This document shows positions 47,247 through 56,204 of a DNA stretch of 64,000 nt, one piece after another (position 1 is the stretch's first letter; each line of letters begins with the position of its first letter). This DNA comes from Candidatus Nomurabacteria bacterium. GTDB taxonomy: Bacteria > Patescibacteriota > Minisyncoccia > Phycocordibacterales > UBA2100. The position numbers were made by a program, and so were the translations under genes. The stretch is taken from NCBI GenBank assembly GCA_943356775.1, contig CALRFU010000001.1, positions 78,891-142,890 of the forward strand, written 5' to 3'. The notes beneath the pieces are model-generated. The model searched no databases, was not told the origin of the DNA, and saw only the letters and a program-made list of their open reading frames with translations.

Positions 47247-47900
47247 TCATAGCTGCCCGAGGTGTGCGTGGTCGTTCCAGACGCGCAGCTGCCATGGCGA
47301 CCTACCTTTTGGGCGATCTTCGTCCCTATATTTGACAACGGTAAGTGCCGTATTCTCAAGCTCTCCAAAACCCTCAATAATATGCAAACATTCCTGCGCC
47401 GTGAGATCAGCACCGAAAATCACAGCCGCAGCAATTATGTACATGAAAAACCCGTGGCTTACGACCAAGATATTGTCCTCAGGGCGTTTCGAAAGATATC
47501 CAAGGCCTTCAAGTGCGCGTTGCTTGAGGTCCTCAAAATTCTCCCCGTCTTCGTAGTGCCAACCTGGAACATGAAAGTTTTCCCTAGACGCCTGAATAAC
47601 CGCAACCGCTTCAGGATCGTTGCGTTTCTTGCCAAGTATCTTCGTTGCCGAAATTCGTTCTCTAAAAGAAGCAGAAGTTTCGATGCGCTTATCAATATAT
47701 GTTGCAATAACTTCAGCTGTTTGTAGCGCGCGTGGCATCGTACTCGAAACAATTATTTCTATTGGCAAGTGCACGCAGCGTTTCGCAATTTCAGCGGCTT
47801 GTACTTCTCCTCTCTTCGAAAGGCGCGTATCAATGGGGTTGTACTGACCGAGAGCATTTCCCTCGCTTTCACCGTGTCGTACCAGATAGATAGTCTTCAT
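47247..47900 (-). CDS. Histidine phosphatase family protein
   Basis: 217 aa with LVRHGESEGN catalytic motif. Confidence 0.8.
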   Translation of the reverse strand: MKTIYLVRHGESEGNALGQYNPIDTRLSKRGEVQAAEIAKRCVHLPIEIIVSSTMPRALQTAEVIATYIDKRIETSASFRERISATKILGKKRNDPEAVAVIQASRENFHVPGWHYEDGENFEDLKQRALEGLGYLSKRPEDNILVVSHGFFMYIIAAAVIFGADLTAQECLHIIEGFGELENTALTVVKYRDEDRPKGRSPWQLRVWNDHAHLGQL

Positions 47901-47909
47901 TTGTATTGT

Positions 47910-49160
47910 TCAGAGTACAAACTCGCCGTCCTTATAGATGACCTTTGTTTTTCCGTTTTTGAGATGTGCAGTCACGGTGCGGCGCGTCGTCGAGATGACG
48001 TCGGTGTGTACGGAAGAATCGTTGAAACCGAGCGCTTCCGCCTGCTTCGTAGTGAGCTTCGAGACATTGCCGCGGAAGGTGTCGCGGTAACTCATGCCGA
48101 GCGCGATATGCGTGTTACCGTATGGCCCTCCCATGTTTTCGTCATAGAGGGTCTCTGCCATAAATTTGGTGATGCGCGAGTGCCGCTTATCGGTGAGCGA
48201 GTATTCGCCGAGTCTATCGGCGCCCGGTGTCGCAATCATTTCCTTGAGTAGTTTCTCGTTGGTCTTCGCCTTTGATTTCACCACCTTGCCACCTTTGAAT
48301 TCAAGTTCAATGCCCGTAATTTTTGAACCGTAGCGGTAGAGCGGTTGGTTGAGCTTTATCCAACCTTCTGTCCCGCGCCAATCCGGAGATGTAAAAATCT
48401 CGAAGCTTGGCATATTCACACCGCGCCCCGCGAGCCAGTTGCGCTTCTCTCCGATGCGTATCCAGAGATCCATATCCGGACCGACCGCATGCAATCTGTC
48501 TATTTTTGGGGTCAACGCATTCAAGCGACTCTTGTACTTCTCTATCTCCGCATATACTTCTTTCCAGCGCTTTATCGGGTCTTCGTAATCCAAGAAACAC
48601 GCTTTGATTATCTGGTTCCAGTATTCTTTCTCAGAAAGTCCCGCCTCCTTGGCCATTGCGGGGGTTCCGTACATGGCAATACTCCATGTAAATTTACCTT
48701 TCCACTCTTTTTCATGCCGCCAGTCGGTAAAAGGCTTCATCGCCATACCGCGCATCATCATTTTCTTCGGGTCTATACCGTCCATGAGGTGCATATCCTT
48801 ATCCGCAAGGAGATAGAGCGAGTGGTCCATCTGGTCGACAACGCCTTTCAAATATTTTGCGGGAAAGAATTTGAGCTGTTTTTCAGACGCGTTTTGGTAG
48901 AAGTACCGACCCGTGCTGGCATTGCGGCGCATATCGCCGTTCTCCTCATCGGGTGCATAGTGCGAAAGCACGTGTCCTCCCGCGTCGACGATTGCATTGC
49001 AGACGGCCATAAAAAGTGGCTTGGCGCTTTCATTGGCGGAAAGCCGCACGACATCTCCCTTTTTAATTCCCTTCCCCATTCCGAGTGCAAAATTCACGAG
49101 CACATCGGCATATTTTTTTAATATTTTCTCACTCGGTACGAACGGTTTTTTTGATGGCAT
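47910..49160 (-). CDS. Aminopeptidase, M29 family (AmpS/PepS-like)
   Basis: 416 aa; N-terminal VNFALGMGKGIKKGDVV pattern and overall length typical of thermophilic-type aminopeptidase. Confidence 0.75.
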   Translation of the reverse strand: MPSKKPFVPSEKILKKYADVLVNFALGMGKGIKKGDVVRLSANESAKPLFMAVCNAIVDAGGHVLSHYAPDEENGDMRRNASTGRYFYQNASEKQLKFFPAKYLKGVVDQMDHSLYLLADKDMHLMDGIDPKKMMMRGMAMKPFTDWRHEKEWKGKFTWSIAMYGTPAMAKEAGLSEKEYWNQIIKACFLDYEDPIKRWKEVYAEIEKYKSRLNALTPKIDRLHAVGPDMDLWIRIGEKRNWLAGRGVNMPSFEIFTSPDWRGTEGWIKLNQPLYRYGSKITGIELEFKGGKVVKSKAKTNEKLLKEMIATPGADRLGEYSLTDKRHSRITKFMAETLYDENMGGPYGNTHIALGMSYRDTFRGNVSKLTTKQAEALGFNDSSVHTDVISTTRRTVTAHLKNGKTKVIYKDGEFVL

Positions 49161-49218
49161 CCGAGAAGACTACAAGCCGTGAGGGCCTTTGTCTACCCCG
49201 GGCGGGCGGAAACGTAGC

Positions 49219-50685
49219 CTATTTGAAGACAATTTCTTGAGCCCGCTCTTTGATATCTATCGGGTAGACACCGGTGAAACAGGAGGTGCAAAATTGGTCT
49301 TCGGAAAGGCCTGTCGCAGCTATCATGCCTTCGTATGAAAGATAGCGCACCGAGGTCGCCTTGAGGTGCTGCCGTATCTCTTCGACTGATTTCGTGGCAG
49401 CAATGAGGTCTTTTTGGTCGGGAGTATCGATACCGTAAAAGTCCGGGAATTTTACCGGCGGGGAGGCGACGAGGAAGTGCACTTCAGTCGCCCCCGCCTC
49501 GAATAGCATTTCTACTATCTGACGCGAAGTGGTACCGCGCACGATTGAATCGTCGATGACGATGACCCGCTTACCCTTGATGCAATCGACTATCGGCGTG
49601 AGCTTCGCCTTCACTCCCTGCTCGCGGATATGTTGCTCCGGTTGGATAAACGTGCGATGGATGTATCTATTCTTTGCGAGCGCAAGTTCCATCGGTATTC
49701 CCGAAGCACGTGAAAATCCTACCGCCGAAGGTATCGCGGTCTCGGGGACAGGAATTACTACATCCGCTTCAATTTTATTTTCTTTTGCGAGCTGCACACC
49801 GAAATTTTTGCGCACCTCATAGACTGATTTGCCGAGTATTTGGCTATCCGGCCGGGCGAAATACACGAATTCAAATATGTCGAGTTTTGGATTCGGCGTG
49901 GCCAATGTACGGGAGCGCATTCCACCTTCGTCTATCACAAGCATCTCTCCCGGCTCAATCTCACGTACAAATTCAGCACCTATCGTAGGGTATGCGCACG
50001 TCTCGGATGCAATAACGTACCCGCCATTAAGCCGCGCTACGGAGAGCGGGCGCACACCACACGCGTCGCGGATGGCAATGAGTTTATCCTTGGACATGAT
50101 GAGTATGGAGAACGCCCCGGTCATGTGGGGATACACCTCTGCAATAGCGTTTTCCAAATCATTGCCTTCCCGCATTAATGCCCCGATGGCCTCCGCTATC
50201 ATGCGGGAGTCTGAATACTCGGACGAGTCTATCTTTTTAGACGTAAGGAAATCCGCAAGTGCCTTCGTACTCGGCAAATTGCCGTTGTGCACGAGTGCTA
50301 TTGAATCGTCTTCCGGTGCAGAGCGCAGTGACACGTACGGGTACATACCGGCGCTCGGAGCCTCCGCTGGACGCTCTACCGAGCCCTTGCCCGCCACGAG
50401 CATCGGTTGGGCGTGCTTCACGTGGGAGCCGCCTGCCGTCGAATAACGATTATGGGCCACACTAATGTGGCCCGTGAGTTGTTTTATGTTGTTTTCGGTA
50501 AAGACTTGAGAGACGAGTCCCATGCCTTTGTGGAGGGTAATACTCTCCCCGTCGGCGACGGCGATACCGGCGCTCTCTTGCCCCCGGTGTTGGAGCGCAA
50601 AGAGTCCGAAAAAGGAGAGCCGCGCAGCTTCGAGTCCCGTACCGTAGACTCCGAAGACCGCGCATTTCTCTCCAAGTAGTTCCAT
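49219..50685 (-). CDS. purF: Amidophosphoribosyltransferase
   Basis: 488 aa with N-terminal Ntn glutaminase Cys (MELLGEKCAVFG..LQHRGQESAG) and C-terminal PRTase domain. Confidence 0.9.
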   Translation of the reverse strand: MELLGEKCAVFGVYGTGLEAARLSFFGLFALQHRGQESAGIAVADGESITLHKGMGLVSQVFTENNIKQLTGHISVAHNRYSTAGGSHVKHAQPMLVAGKGSVERPAEAPSAGMYPYVSLRSAPEDDSIALVHNGNLPSTKALADFLTSKKIDSSEYSDSRMIAEAIGALMREGNDLENAIAEVYPHMTGAFSILIMSKDKLIAIRDACGVRPLSVARLNGGYVIASETCAYPTIGAEFVREIEPGEMLVIDEGGMRSRTLATPNPKLDIFEFVYFARPDSQILGKSVYEVRKNFGVQLAKENKIEADVVIPVPETAIPSAVGFSRASGIPMELALAKNRYIHRTFIQPEQHIREQGVKAKLTPIVDCIKGKRVIVIDDSIVRGTTSRQIVEMLFEAGATEVHFLVASPPVKFPDFYGIDTPDQKDLIAATKSVEEIRQHLKATSVRYLSYEGMIAATGLSEDQFCTSCFTGVYPIDIKERAQEIVFK

Positions 50686-50729
50686 AGAGAAGAAGGGATT
50701 ATATCATAATCCGGCCGATATGGGGATTT

Positions 50730-51677
50730 TCAAATTCCCTTCTCAAGCAGCCACAAAAGTATCGCTTTCTGAACGTGTTTGCGGTTCTCCGCCTGGTCAA
50801 AGATGACGGAATTCTTGTGTTCGATGGCGTCGCGGGTTATTTCGTAGCCCACATGCATCGGCATACAGTGCATAATCCCCGCCTGTGGAGCGTAGGTATC
50901 AATCAGCTGCGCATTCAATTGATACGGCATGAGGAGGCTCCTCCGGCGTTCGTATTCATTTGCGAACTCCGGACGCACCTTCCCGTTTTCAAAATATTCA
51001 ACATCCATCCAGGTATCCGTGTGCACATAATCGGCACCACGAAGAGCCTCCTTGATATTCAAGATTTTTCTTACTCTGCCCGTATCGTCCGCCGCCGCAT
51101 TCAATTCCGCGTCCACGCTCGCCACATTGACTTCAGGTGCCGCCAGAACCACATCTATCCCCAGCTTCGCACACGCAAGCTTGAGTGTATTGGAGACGTT
51201 ATTTTCAATGCCCAACCACGCCACTTTTTTTATATTTTCCAGACCGCCGGAACGTTCTGACATGGTAAAAATATCAGCAAGGGCTTGGCACGGGTGATAT
51301 TTCTCACTACAACCGTCGATAACGGGTATCTGATCAAAAGAGGCCGCAAGCGCGACGTCTTTCACGCGCATGAGGCGCATCATGAGCACATCTCCGAAAC
51401 GCATCGCGGCGCGTATCTCATCACGGAAATCGGCGAGGGCAAATTGCGTCTTCGCTGCATCCAGATAAATGGCGTGACCGCCAAGCTCTGTCATTCCGGC
51501 TTCAAATGAAATGCGAGTGCGCGTCGAACCCTTCTGGAAAAACATAAGCAGGGTCTTCCCGTGCAAAAGGTCCGTGGGCTCGCCTGCGCGGTATTTTTTC
51601 TTGAGCGTCGTAGCAATATCCAAAATTGCGCGGATATCATCCGCGCTCTGTTTTTTCAAGGATATAAGGTGGCGCAT
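50730..51677 (-). CDS. argF: Ornithine carbamoyltransferase
   Basis: 315 aa with STRTR, HPCQ and HCMP (HCLP-type) motifs diagnostic of OTCase. Confidence 0.85.
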   Translation of the reverse strand: MRHLISLKKQSADDIRAILDIATTLKKKYRAGEPTDLLHGKTLLMFFQKGSTRTRISFEAGMTELGGHAIYLDAAKTQFALADFRDEIRAAMRFGDVLMMRLMRVKDVALAASFDQIPVIDGCSEKYHPCQALADIFTMSERSGGLENIKKVAWLGIENNVSNTLKLACAKLGIDVVLAAPEVNVASVDAELNAAADDTGRVRKILNIKEALRGADYVHTDTWMDVEYFENGKVRPEFANEYERRRSLLMPYQLNAQLIDTYAPQAGIMHCMPMHVGYEITRDAIEHKNSVIFDQAENRKHVQKAILLWLLEKGI

Positions 51678-51761
51678 AGAGGTGTGCTATTAAGGATAAT
51701 ACGATTATAGATAGAAATAAGGAAGGGGTGCGCGCAGAGGAGTCCGCGCGCACCCCGGGTT

Positions 51762-52262
51762 TCAACGGACAAAGAGCCAGCGCTCTTTGTCGCAAGGCTG
51801 GGGAGGGTCCGGCGAGAGCGCGGATTCCGGGAGGCGTTCGCGGATTCCGAGCCGCTCCGCCCACGCTTCGACGTCCGGCATCGTCGCCTTCGTTATCGCA
51901 TCCATCTGACATTCTTCGAATACCGTCATGACGGTGCGTACCGAAGTGATGCCGAAGAGCTGGATGACGGCGGGCGTCCGTGCGATGAGTTCAAAAACCA
52001 TCTCACGGACAATACCGTTACCCCGCAAATCCTCGTCGACGTAGATTTGCGAGATTTCCTGCCAGAATTCATCTCCGGTCTTGCGCCGTGCGACGTGCCC
52101 CTTAAGAGGACCCGCCACAAAGACGAACTTGTGTGCTCGCGGATGGACCACCGTCCGACCGGAGAAGAATTGACTCGACAGATTGCGTGGTGTGAGAAGC
52201 GCGGCGTTGTAGACGCCGAGCTTACCCATCCGTGCCGCCAAGTCGATCCAGTTTGGATGCAT
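51762..52262 (-). CDS. GNAT acetyltransferase, possible N-acetylglutamate synthase acetyltransferase module
   Basis: About 166 aa from MHPNW with GNAT motif A (IYVDEDLRGNGIVREMVFELIA). Begins 1 nt after the upstream kinase-like ORF stop. Confidence 0.5.
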   Translation of the reverse strand: MHPNWIDLAARMGKLGVYNAALLTPRNLSSQFFSGRTVVHPRAHKFVFVAGPLKGHVARRKTGDEFWQEISQIYVDEDLRGNGIVREMVFELIARTPAVIQLFGITSVRTVMTVFEECQMDAITKATMPDVEAWAERLGIRERLPESALSPDPPQPCDKERWLFVR

Positions 52263-52263
52263 C

Positions 52264-52758
52264 TTACGTTCCTCCGTGCGATGGGCAGGTGTCGGGGAAT
52301 CCGACGACCTCGATTTTCGGATATTTCGTGAAGTCCGCTTGTTTTGCAAATTTCCTGCTTTCGAGCGTCAGCACGTAGATTTTGTCGTAGCCCAGATACG
52401 TTGTCAGGACCAAGACGTCGCCGTTGATGTGACAGAGCACCGATCCGACGTCGAGAACCGGGACTATGACCGTCGCCGGAATCTTCTCAGCCGCGAGGCG
52501 GTCTTGGATTTCCGTCTGATTGCGTTCGAGGATATCGCGCGCAATCTGCCGGCCTTCGAATGTTGCAATTTGCCTTCCGAGCGCGCCGAATTCAAACGGA
52601 ATGTTCCGTTCTTTCAATGCCGCCGAAATCTGCGTGCCCCCGCCGGTGCAGATAACAACGAAGTATTCCTGCGCAAGCGTGCGCAACCACGCAAGCACGT
52701 CCGGACGCATATCCGCAAGGTCGCCGGTCATCTTGATGAACGCTGTTCTGCGAGCCAT
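52264..52758 (-). CDS. Short amino-acid-kinase-like protein
   Basis: 164 aa with degenerate AAK motifs (AFIKMTGDL ; VVICTGGGTQI). GGAGGG Shine-Dalgarno upstream. Much shorter than ArgB or UMP kinase. Confidence 0.4.
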   Translation of the reverse strand: MARRTAFIKMTGDLADMRPDVLAWLRTLAQEYFVVICTGGGTQISAALKERNIPFEFGALGRQIATFEGRQIARDILERNQTEIQDRLAAEKIPATVIVPVLDVGSVLCHINGDVLVLTTYLGYDKIYVLTLESRKFAKQADFTKYPKIEVVGFPDTCPSHGGT

Positions 52759-52989
52759 AAGGCCCTCCGTTTGGTGTGAAAGAACGGATCGTCAGATGCG
52801 TTTTTCGGTTGCATCTAAACGAAGAATGACCTCACTTGAGGCCATTTTGGAAAGTTTGTGGGAAGGGTACAAACACTCTAAACAGCCTCAAATGAAGCTG
52901 CTCGTCGGCGCTGAATATTTGAAATCGTGCTCTGCATGAGCTATACGCTACCACAGCTATTTTTCCTTGCAAGCCCATTGTGGATAGCC

Positions 52990-53026
52990 CTAAATAAAGA
53001 AAACGGGCGCCTATGGGACGCCCGTT
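52990..53026 (-). terminator. Rho-independent terminator about 200 nt downstream of hisG
   Basis: Minus-strand RNA AACGGGCG-UCCCAUAGG-CGCCCGUU followed by UUUCUUUAUUU. Confidence 0.55.
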
Positions 53027-53225
53027 GAGTTGGAAAGAACAAGTGTTTTTGACGTAGGGCGACTGCCGCGCTACGCCGGTTTGCGTGTCGCCTTTTCAGC
53101 AAGGCCGGATATGCCCTCGCGACGCTATAGTTCAGCTTCAACCATCGCAAAAGGAGGTCTGAGAACTTTCATTTTGTTTGTCCTTCGTTTAGTTGTGGCG
53201 GCGGAGCCGAGGCTCCGCCGTAGAG

Positions 53226-54143
53226 CTAGATAATCGAAGATGCGTTCAGCTCGACAATGCCCGTCGCACCCAGTTCAAGCAGCTGCATCTTGAGGTCGTT
53301 GATACCCTCGACGGGAACGACCGTCGAGATAGCGCAATACCCTTCCTCCGCGAGCGCTTGCACTGTCGGACTTTTGAGAGCTGGTAACACCCGCCTGATC
53401 TGATCGAGCCGTCCAAGCGGAGCATTCATCGTGAGATACCGTTTATCGCGCGCCTCGATGACGCCGAGGAGCAGCTTGGCGAAGAAGTCCACACGACGTC
53501 GGACATTCTCACAGGCATACAGATCGGCATGTGCAATGAGTACGGTTTGCGATTCGAATATCTGTGCGACCGAGATAAGGTCGTCAGCCGTGAGGCTGCT
53601 GCCTGTCTCGACGAGCGCAACCCCGAAGTCGTATAGCCCGGAGGCGACAAGCGCCTCCGCACCACCAGGACAGCTGATGACCTCGGCATTGATATTCTCT
53701 GCTGCGAGAAATGCCTTCGTCGTTTGTGGATACTCGGAGACGATACGCACTCCGCGCTGCCGCCGCAATTCGTCGAGTGTACGGGGCGAGTCGTTGCGGC
53801 CGAACAACACACCTCGCGTACCGCCGTTGGTTGTCTTGCTGTAGGCAAGCATTGCGACAACGTTGACCTTGCCCTGCATTCCACCCTCGATGACGTTATC
53901 GAGACCGGTGATACCGGCCACGACCACGCCTTTTTCCACCGCTTCGCAAACCAAAGACGGCTTCAGGCGGATCGCGGTATCGAATCCCGGCAACCCGCTT
54001 ATCGCGCCGATGCTCGAACGCGGATGCGGTAGCTTGAGCCTGATGCCCGCGGCAGCAGCCAGATTGCTCGTCGGTTCTTCAATACTTTTACCGGCGGGCC
54101 ATGCGACTGTCCTTTGCGGATCTATACTCTTTTTCGTGCCCAT
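53226..54143 (-). CDS. hisG: ATP phosphoribosyltransferase, long form with C-terminal regulatory domain
   Basis: Start MGTKK with GGAGG Shine-Dalgarno. HisG catalytic core plus C-terminal regulatory domain (..VVPVEGINDLKMQLLELGATGIVELNASSII). Confidence 0.8.
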   Translation of the reverse strand: MGTKKSIDPQRTVAWPAGKSIEEPTSNLAAAAGIRLKLPHPRSSIGAISGLPGFDTAIRLKPSLVCEAVEKGVVVAGITGLDNVIEGGMQGKVNVVAMLAYSKTTNGGTRGVLFGRNDSPRTLDELRRQRGVRIVSEYPQTTKAFLAAENINAEVISCPGGAEALVASGLYDFGVALVETGSSLTADDLISVAQIFESQTVLIAHADLYACENVRRRVDFFAKLLLGVIEARDKRYLTMNAPLGRLDQIRRVLPALKSPTVQALAEEGYCAISTVVPVEGINDLKMQLLELGATGIVELNASSII

Positions 54144-54270
54144 GAGGGCCTCCATATTTCGTGCGTACGTGCGCACATGCGAATGTTCACCCTCGCAAGA
54201 TTGACGGATTTTCACGCAAAAACCCCCTCGCGAGAGGGAGTTGGTTTGAAATCTAGAAACGACTGTCAAC

Positions 54271-54579
54271 TCAACTCCCTCTGGCCAGAGATGTAGAGCG
54301 GTGATGCAATTTGCTGATGACACTGCGGTAACCACCCCCTTTGCCATTGAGCCACTTGGAAACGCGCGCTACCGTGGTCGAGCTCAAGCCCGTTTTCTTC
54401 TGAATAACCGCGTACGACACCTCCTCCGAGAGCATTTCGGCGGTCTGAAAGCGCTTCGCGAATTCTTCTATCTCGTCCGGCGTGAGCAAATCGCACAAAA
54501 AGCGGCGGGCTTCATCCGCATTCTTAAGCGACAAGAACGCTTGTACCAAACGCTTATATTCCTGCTTATTCCAGTTCAT
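54271..54579 (-). CDS. TrpR-related YerC/YecD family DNA-binding protein
   Basis: 102 aa; ..FLCDLLTPDEIEEFAKRFQ..GLSSTTVARVSKWL.. is the typical TrpR-like HTH. Confidence 0.7.
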   Translation of the reverse strand: MNWNKQEYKRLVQAFLSLKNADEARRFLCDLLTPDEIEEFAKRFQTAEMLSEEVSYAVIQKKTGLSSTTVARVSKWLNGKGGGYRSVISKLHHRSTSLARGS

Positions 54580-54585
54580 AGAGGC

Positions 54586-54614
54586 ACTTTACTCTACTAG
54601 AGTACTCTAGTCAA
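54586..54614 (-). promoter_or_regulatory. Candidate sigma-70 promoter with overlapping 16-bp perfect palindrome operator upstream of the TrpR-like gene
   Basis: Minus strand TTGACT-N17-TAAAGT. The palindrome ACTAGAGTACTCTAGT (54596..54611) covers the -35/spacer. ATG lies about 8 nt after the -10. Confidence 0.4.
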
Positions 54615-54650
54615 GCTCCCGTTTTACTTACTGCGTAGCAGTTAGAAAAA

Positions 54651-54675
54651 CGCAGTCCCCTTGGGGGATAAAGAG
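54651..54675 (-). terminator. Terminator-like hairpin after the DUF1003 gene
   Basis: Minus strand CCCCC-AA-GGGG followed by ACUGCGUUUUUCU. Confidence 0.4.
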
Positions 54676-54698
54676 TCCCTTGCTTGTGGGCAATGGCG

Positions 54699-55208
54699 TT
54701 ATCCTGAATGCCGTTCTATCTCCGCGCGGATTCTTTTTAGGTCGGTGCTCTGCTTCATGCGTTCGAGTTCGGGATTTGCTTCCATGGGGACTTGCAGATG
54801 CTGTGCGACCTTTTCGAGCATGACGAGAAGCATCGTAATCTCCTCTTCCGCACGCACATCTATTTCGGTATCTATCTGCTCACGTATGTCCTCCACTTTG
54901 CTCTGGCGGTTCTGGGTGATGAGCACGATTATCGAGAGCATGATTGCTTCGAGCGAAACCACCATGGTCAAAAGGTTGAACGGATACGGGTCAAATGTGC
55001 CGATTCCCGGAATATCTCCGAGATTGATGAGTATCCAGAGGACAAAAACTCCAACGTTTATGAGCAGAAAGGGCACTGTTCCGAATTTGAGTGTAAAAAA
55101 TTCAGCCAGGGCGTCTGTCCACGTCCGCTCTACGTGCAACCGTGATTTTATCTCTTCACGGATTCTTTTCTGCCGCACCCGGGTTGTTGCTACTGACGGA
55201 GTATCCAT
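54699..55208 (-). CDS. DUF1003 family membrane protein
   Basis: 169 aa with two central TM helices and charged coiled-coil C-terminus, typical of DUF1003. Confidence 0.55.
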   Translation of the reverse strand: MDTPSVATTRVRQKRIREEIKSRLHVERTWTDALAEFFTLKFGTVPFLLINVGVFVLWILINLGDIPGIGTFDPYPFNLLTMVVSLEAIMLSIIVLITQNRQSKVEDIREQIDTEIDVRAEEEITMLLVMLEKVAQHLQVPMEANPELERMKQSTDLKRIRAEIERHSG

Positions 55209-55256
55209 ATTATGTATAGTGATTTATCCTGAGTTTATCGAAGGGGCATCGTCGAA

Positions 55257-56204
55257 CTATTTCTGTATGCTATGCCCCCCGAACTGATTGCGCAACGCGG
55301 AGACGACCTTACCTGTGAATGAGGGTTTCTTCACCGACTCCACTCGAAATTGGAAGGAGCCTTCAATTATCTTTGCCTCGATACCCATTTCATGCGCGGT
55401 CATTGCCGTCCACTCGCCCTCCCCGAGATGCCCGACGGTGCTTGAGACCTCTTCTAAATCCTCACCATACTGCCCAAACGCGCTCTTGAGCCAGCCTACA
55501 AGGCGCGATTCGATAACGCTTCCGTGATTATAAATATCTGTGACACGTGAAAGGTCAAGTTTGTACGGAGATTTTTTGAGTATTTCAAATCCTTCCCCGA
55601 GGGCCTGCATCATCCCGTATTCAATGCCGTTGTGAACCATTTTCACAAAGTGCCCCGCACCGGCACCCGTAAAGAATTGGTAACCATCTTTGAGTGCGAG
55701 GTCTCGGAAAAGCGCTTCGTGCATTTTGAAGGCTGCTTCATCGCCCCCTATCATCAAGCATCCACCGTTGCGCGCACCTTTCGGACCACCTGAAAATCCC
55801 ACGTCGATGAATGTGATTCCATGTTCTGCGAGTTTGTTTGCGCGTACTTCGGCCTTTTTGAAATATGAGTTGCCACCATCTATAACTACGTCGCCTTTTG
55901 AAAGTAATTCCGTAAGTCCGCCTTTGCCAAAAAGCACTTCGTCTACAGGACTCGGCGCATCTTCTGCGGCCCCGGGCAAACGAGCAGGCACCATCACCCA
56001 CACAAGCCTAGGCGAAGAGAGTCCATCTATGAGCTCCTTGAGAGAAGTGCGTGGTTGGACGCCTTGCTTGGCGAGACCGTCAAGCGTCATTGCACTCGAA
56101 TCAAAACCACTCACACTCCAGCCTTTCTCGTGAAGCTGCAACGCAATCCCCGACCCCATTTTGCCGAGACCTACGATGCCTATCTCTTTTTTGTCATTTG
56201 ACAT
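55257..56204 (-). CDS. 6-phosphogluconate dehydrogenase-like NAD(P)-binding protein, short decarboxylating form
   Basis: 315 aa; IGIVGLGKMGSGIA Rossmann motif and 6PGDH C-terminal domain. Overlaps zwf by 11 nt. Confidence 0.8.
   Translation of the reverse strand: MSNDKKEIGIVGLGKMGSGIALQLHEKGWSVSGFDSSAMTLDGLAKQGVQPRTSLKELIDGLSSPRLVWVMVPARLPGAAEDAPSPVDEVLFGKGGLTELLSKGDVVIDGGNSYFKKAEVRANKLAEHGITFIDVGFSGGPKGARNGGCLMIGGDEAAFKMHEALFRDLALKDGYQFFTGAGAGHFVKMVHNGIEYGMMQALGEGFEILKKSPYKLDLSRVTDIYNHGSVIESRLVGWLKSAFGQYGEDLEEVSSTVGHLGEGEWTAMTAHEMGIEAKIIEGSFQFRVESVKKPSFTGKVVSALRNQFGGHSIQK

Noticed and set aside
52264-52758. Calling this ORF acetylglutamate kinase (argB)
   Set aside because: At 164 aa it is far too short, and the AAK motifs are degenerate. 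Annotated only as amino-acid-kinase-like, with the split-ArgA hypothesis flagged separately.
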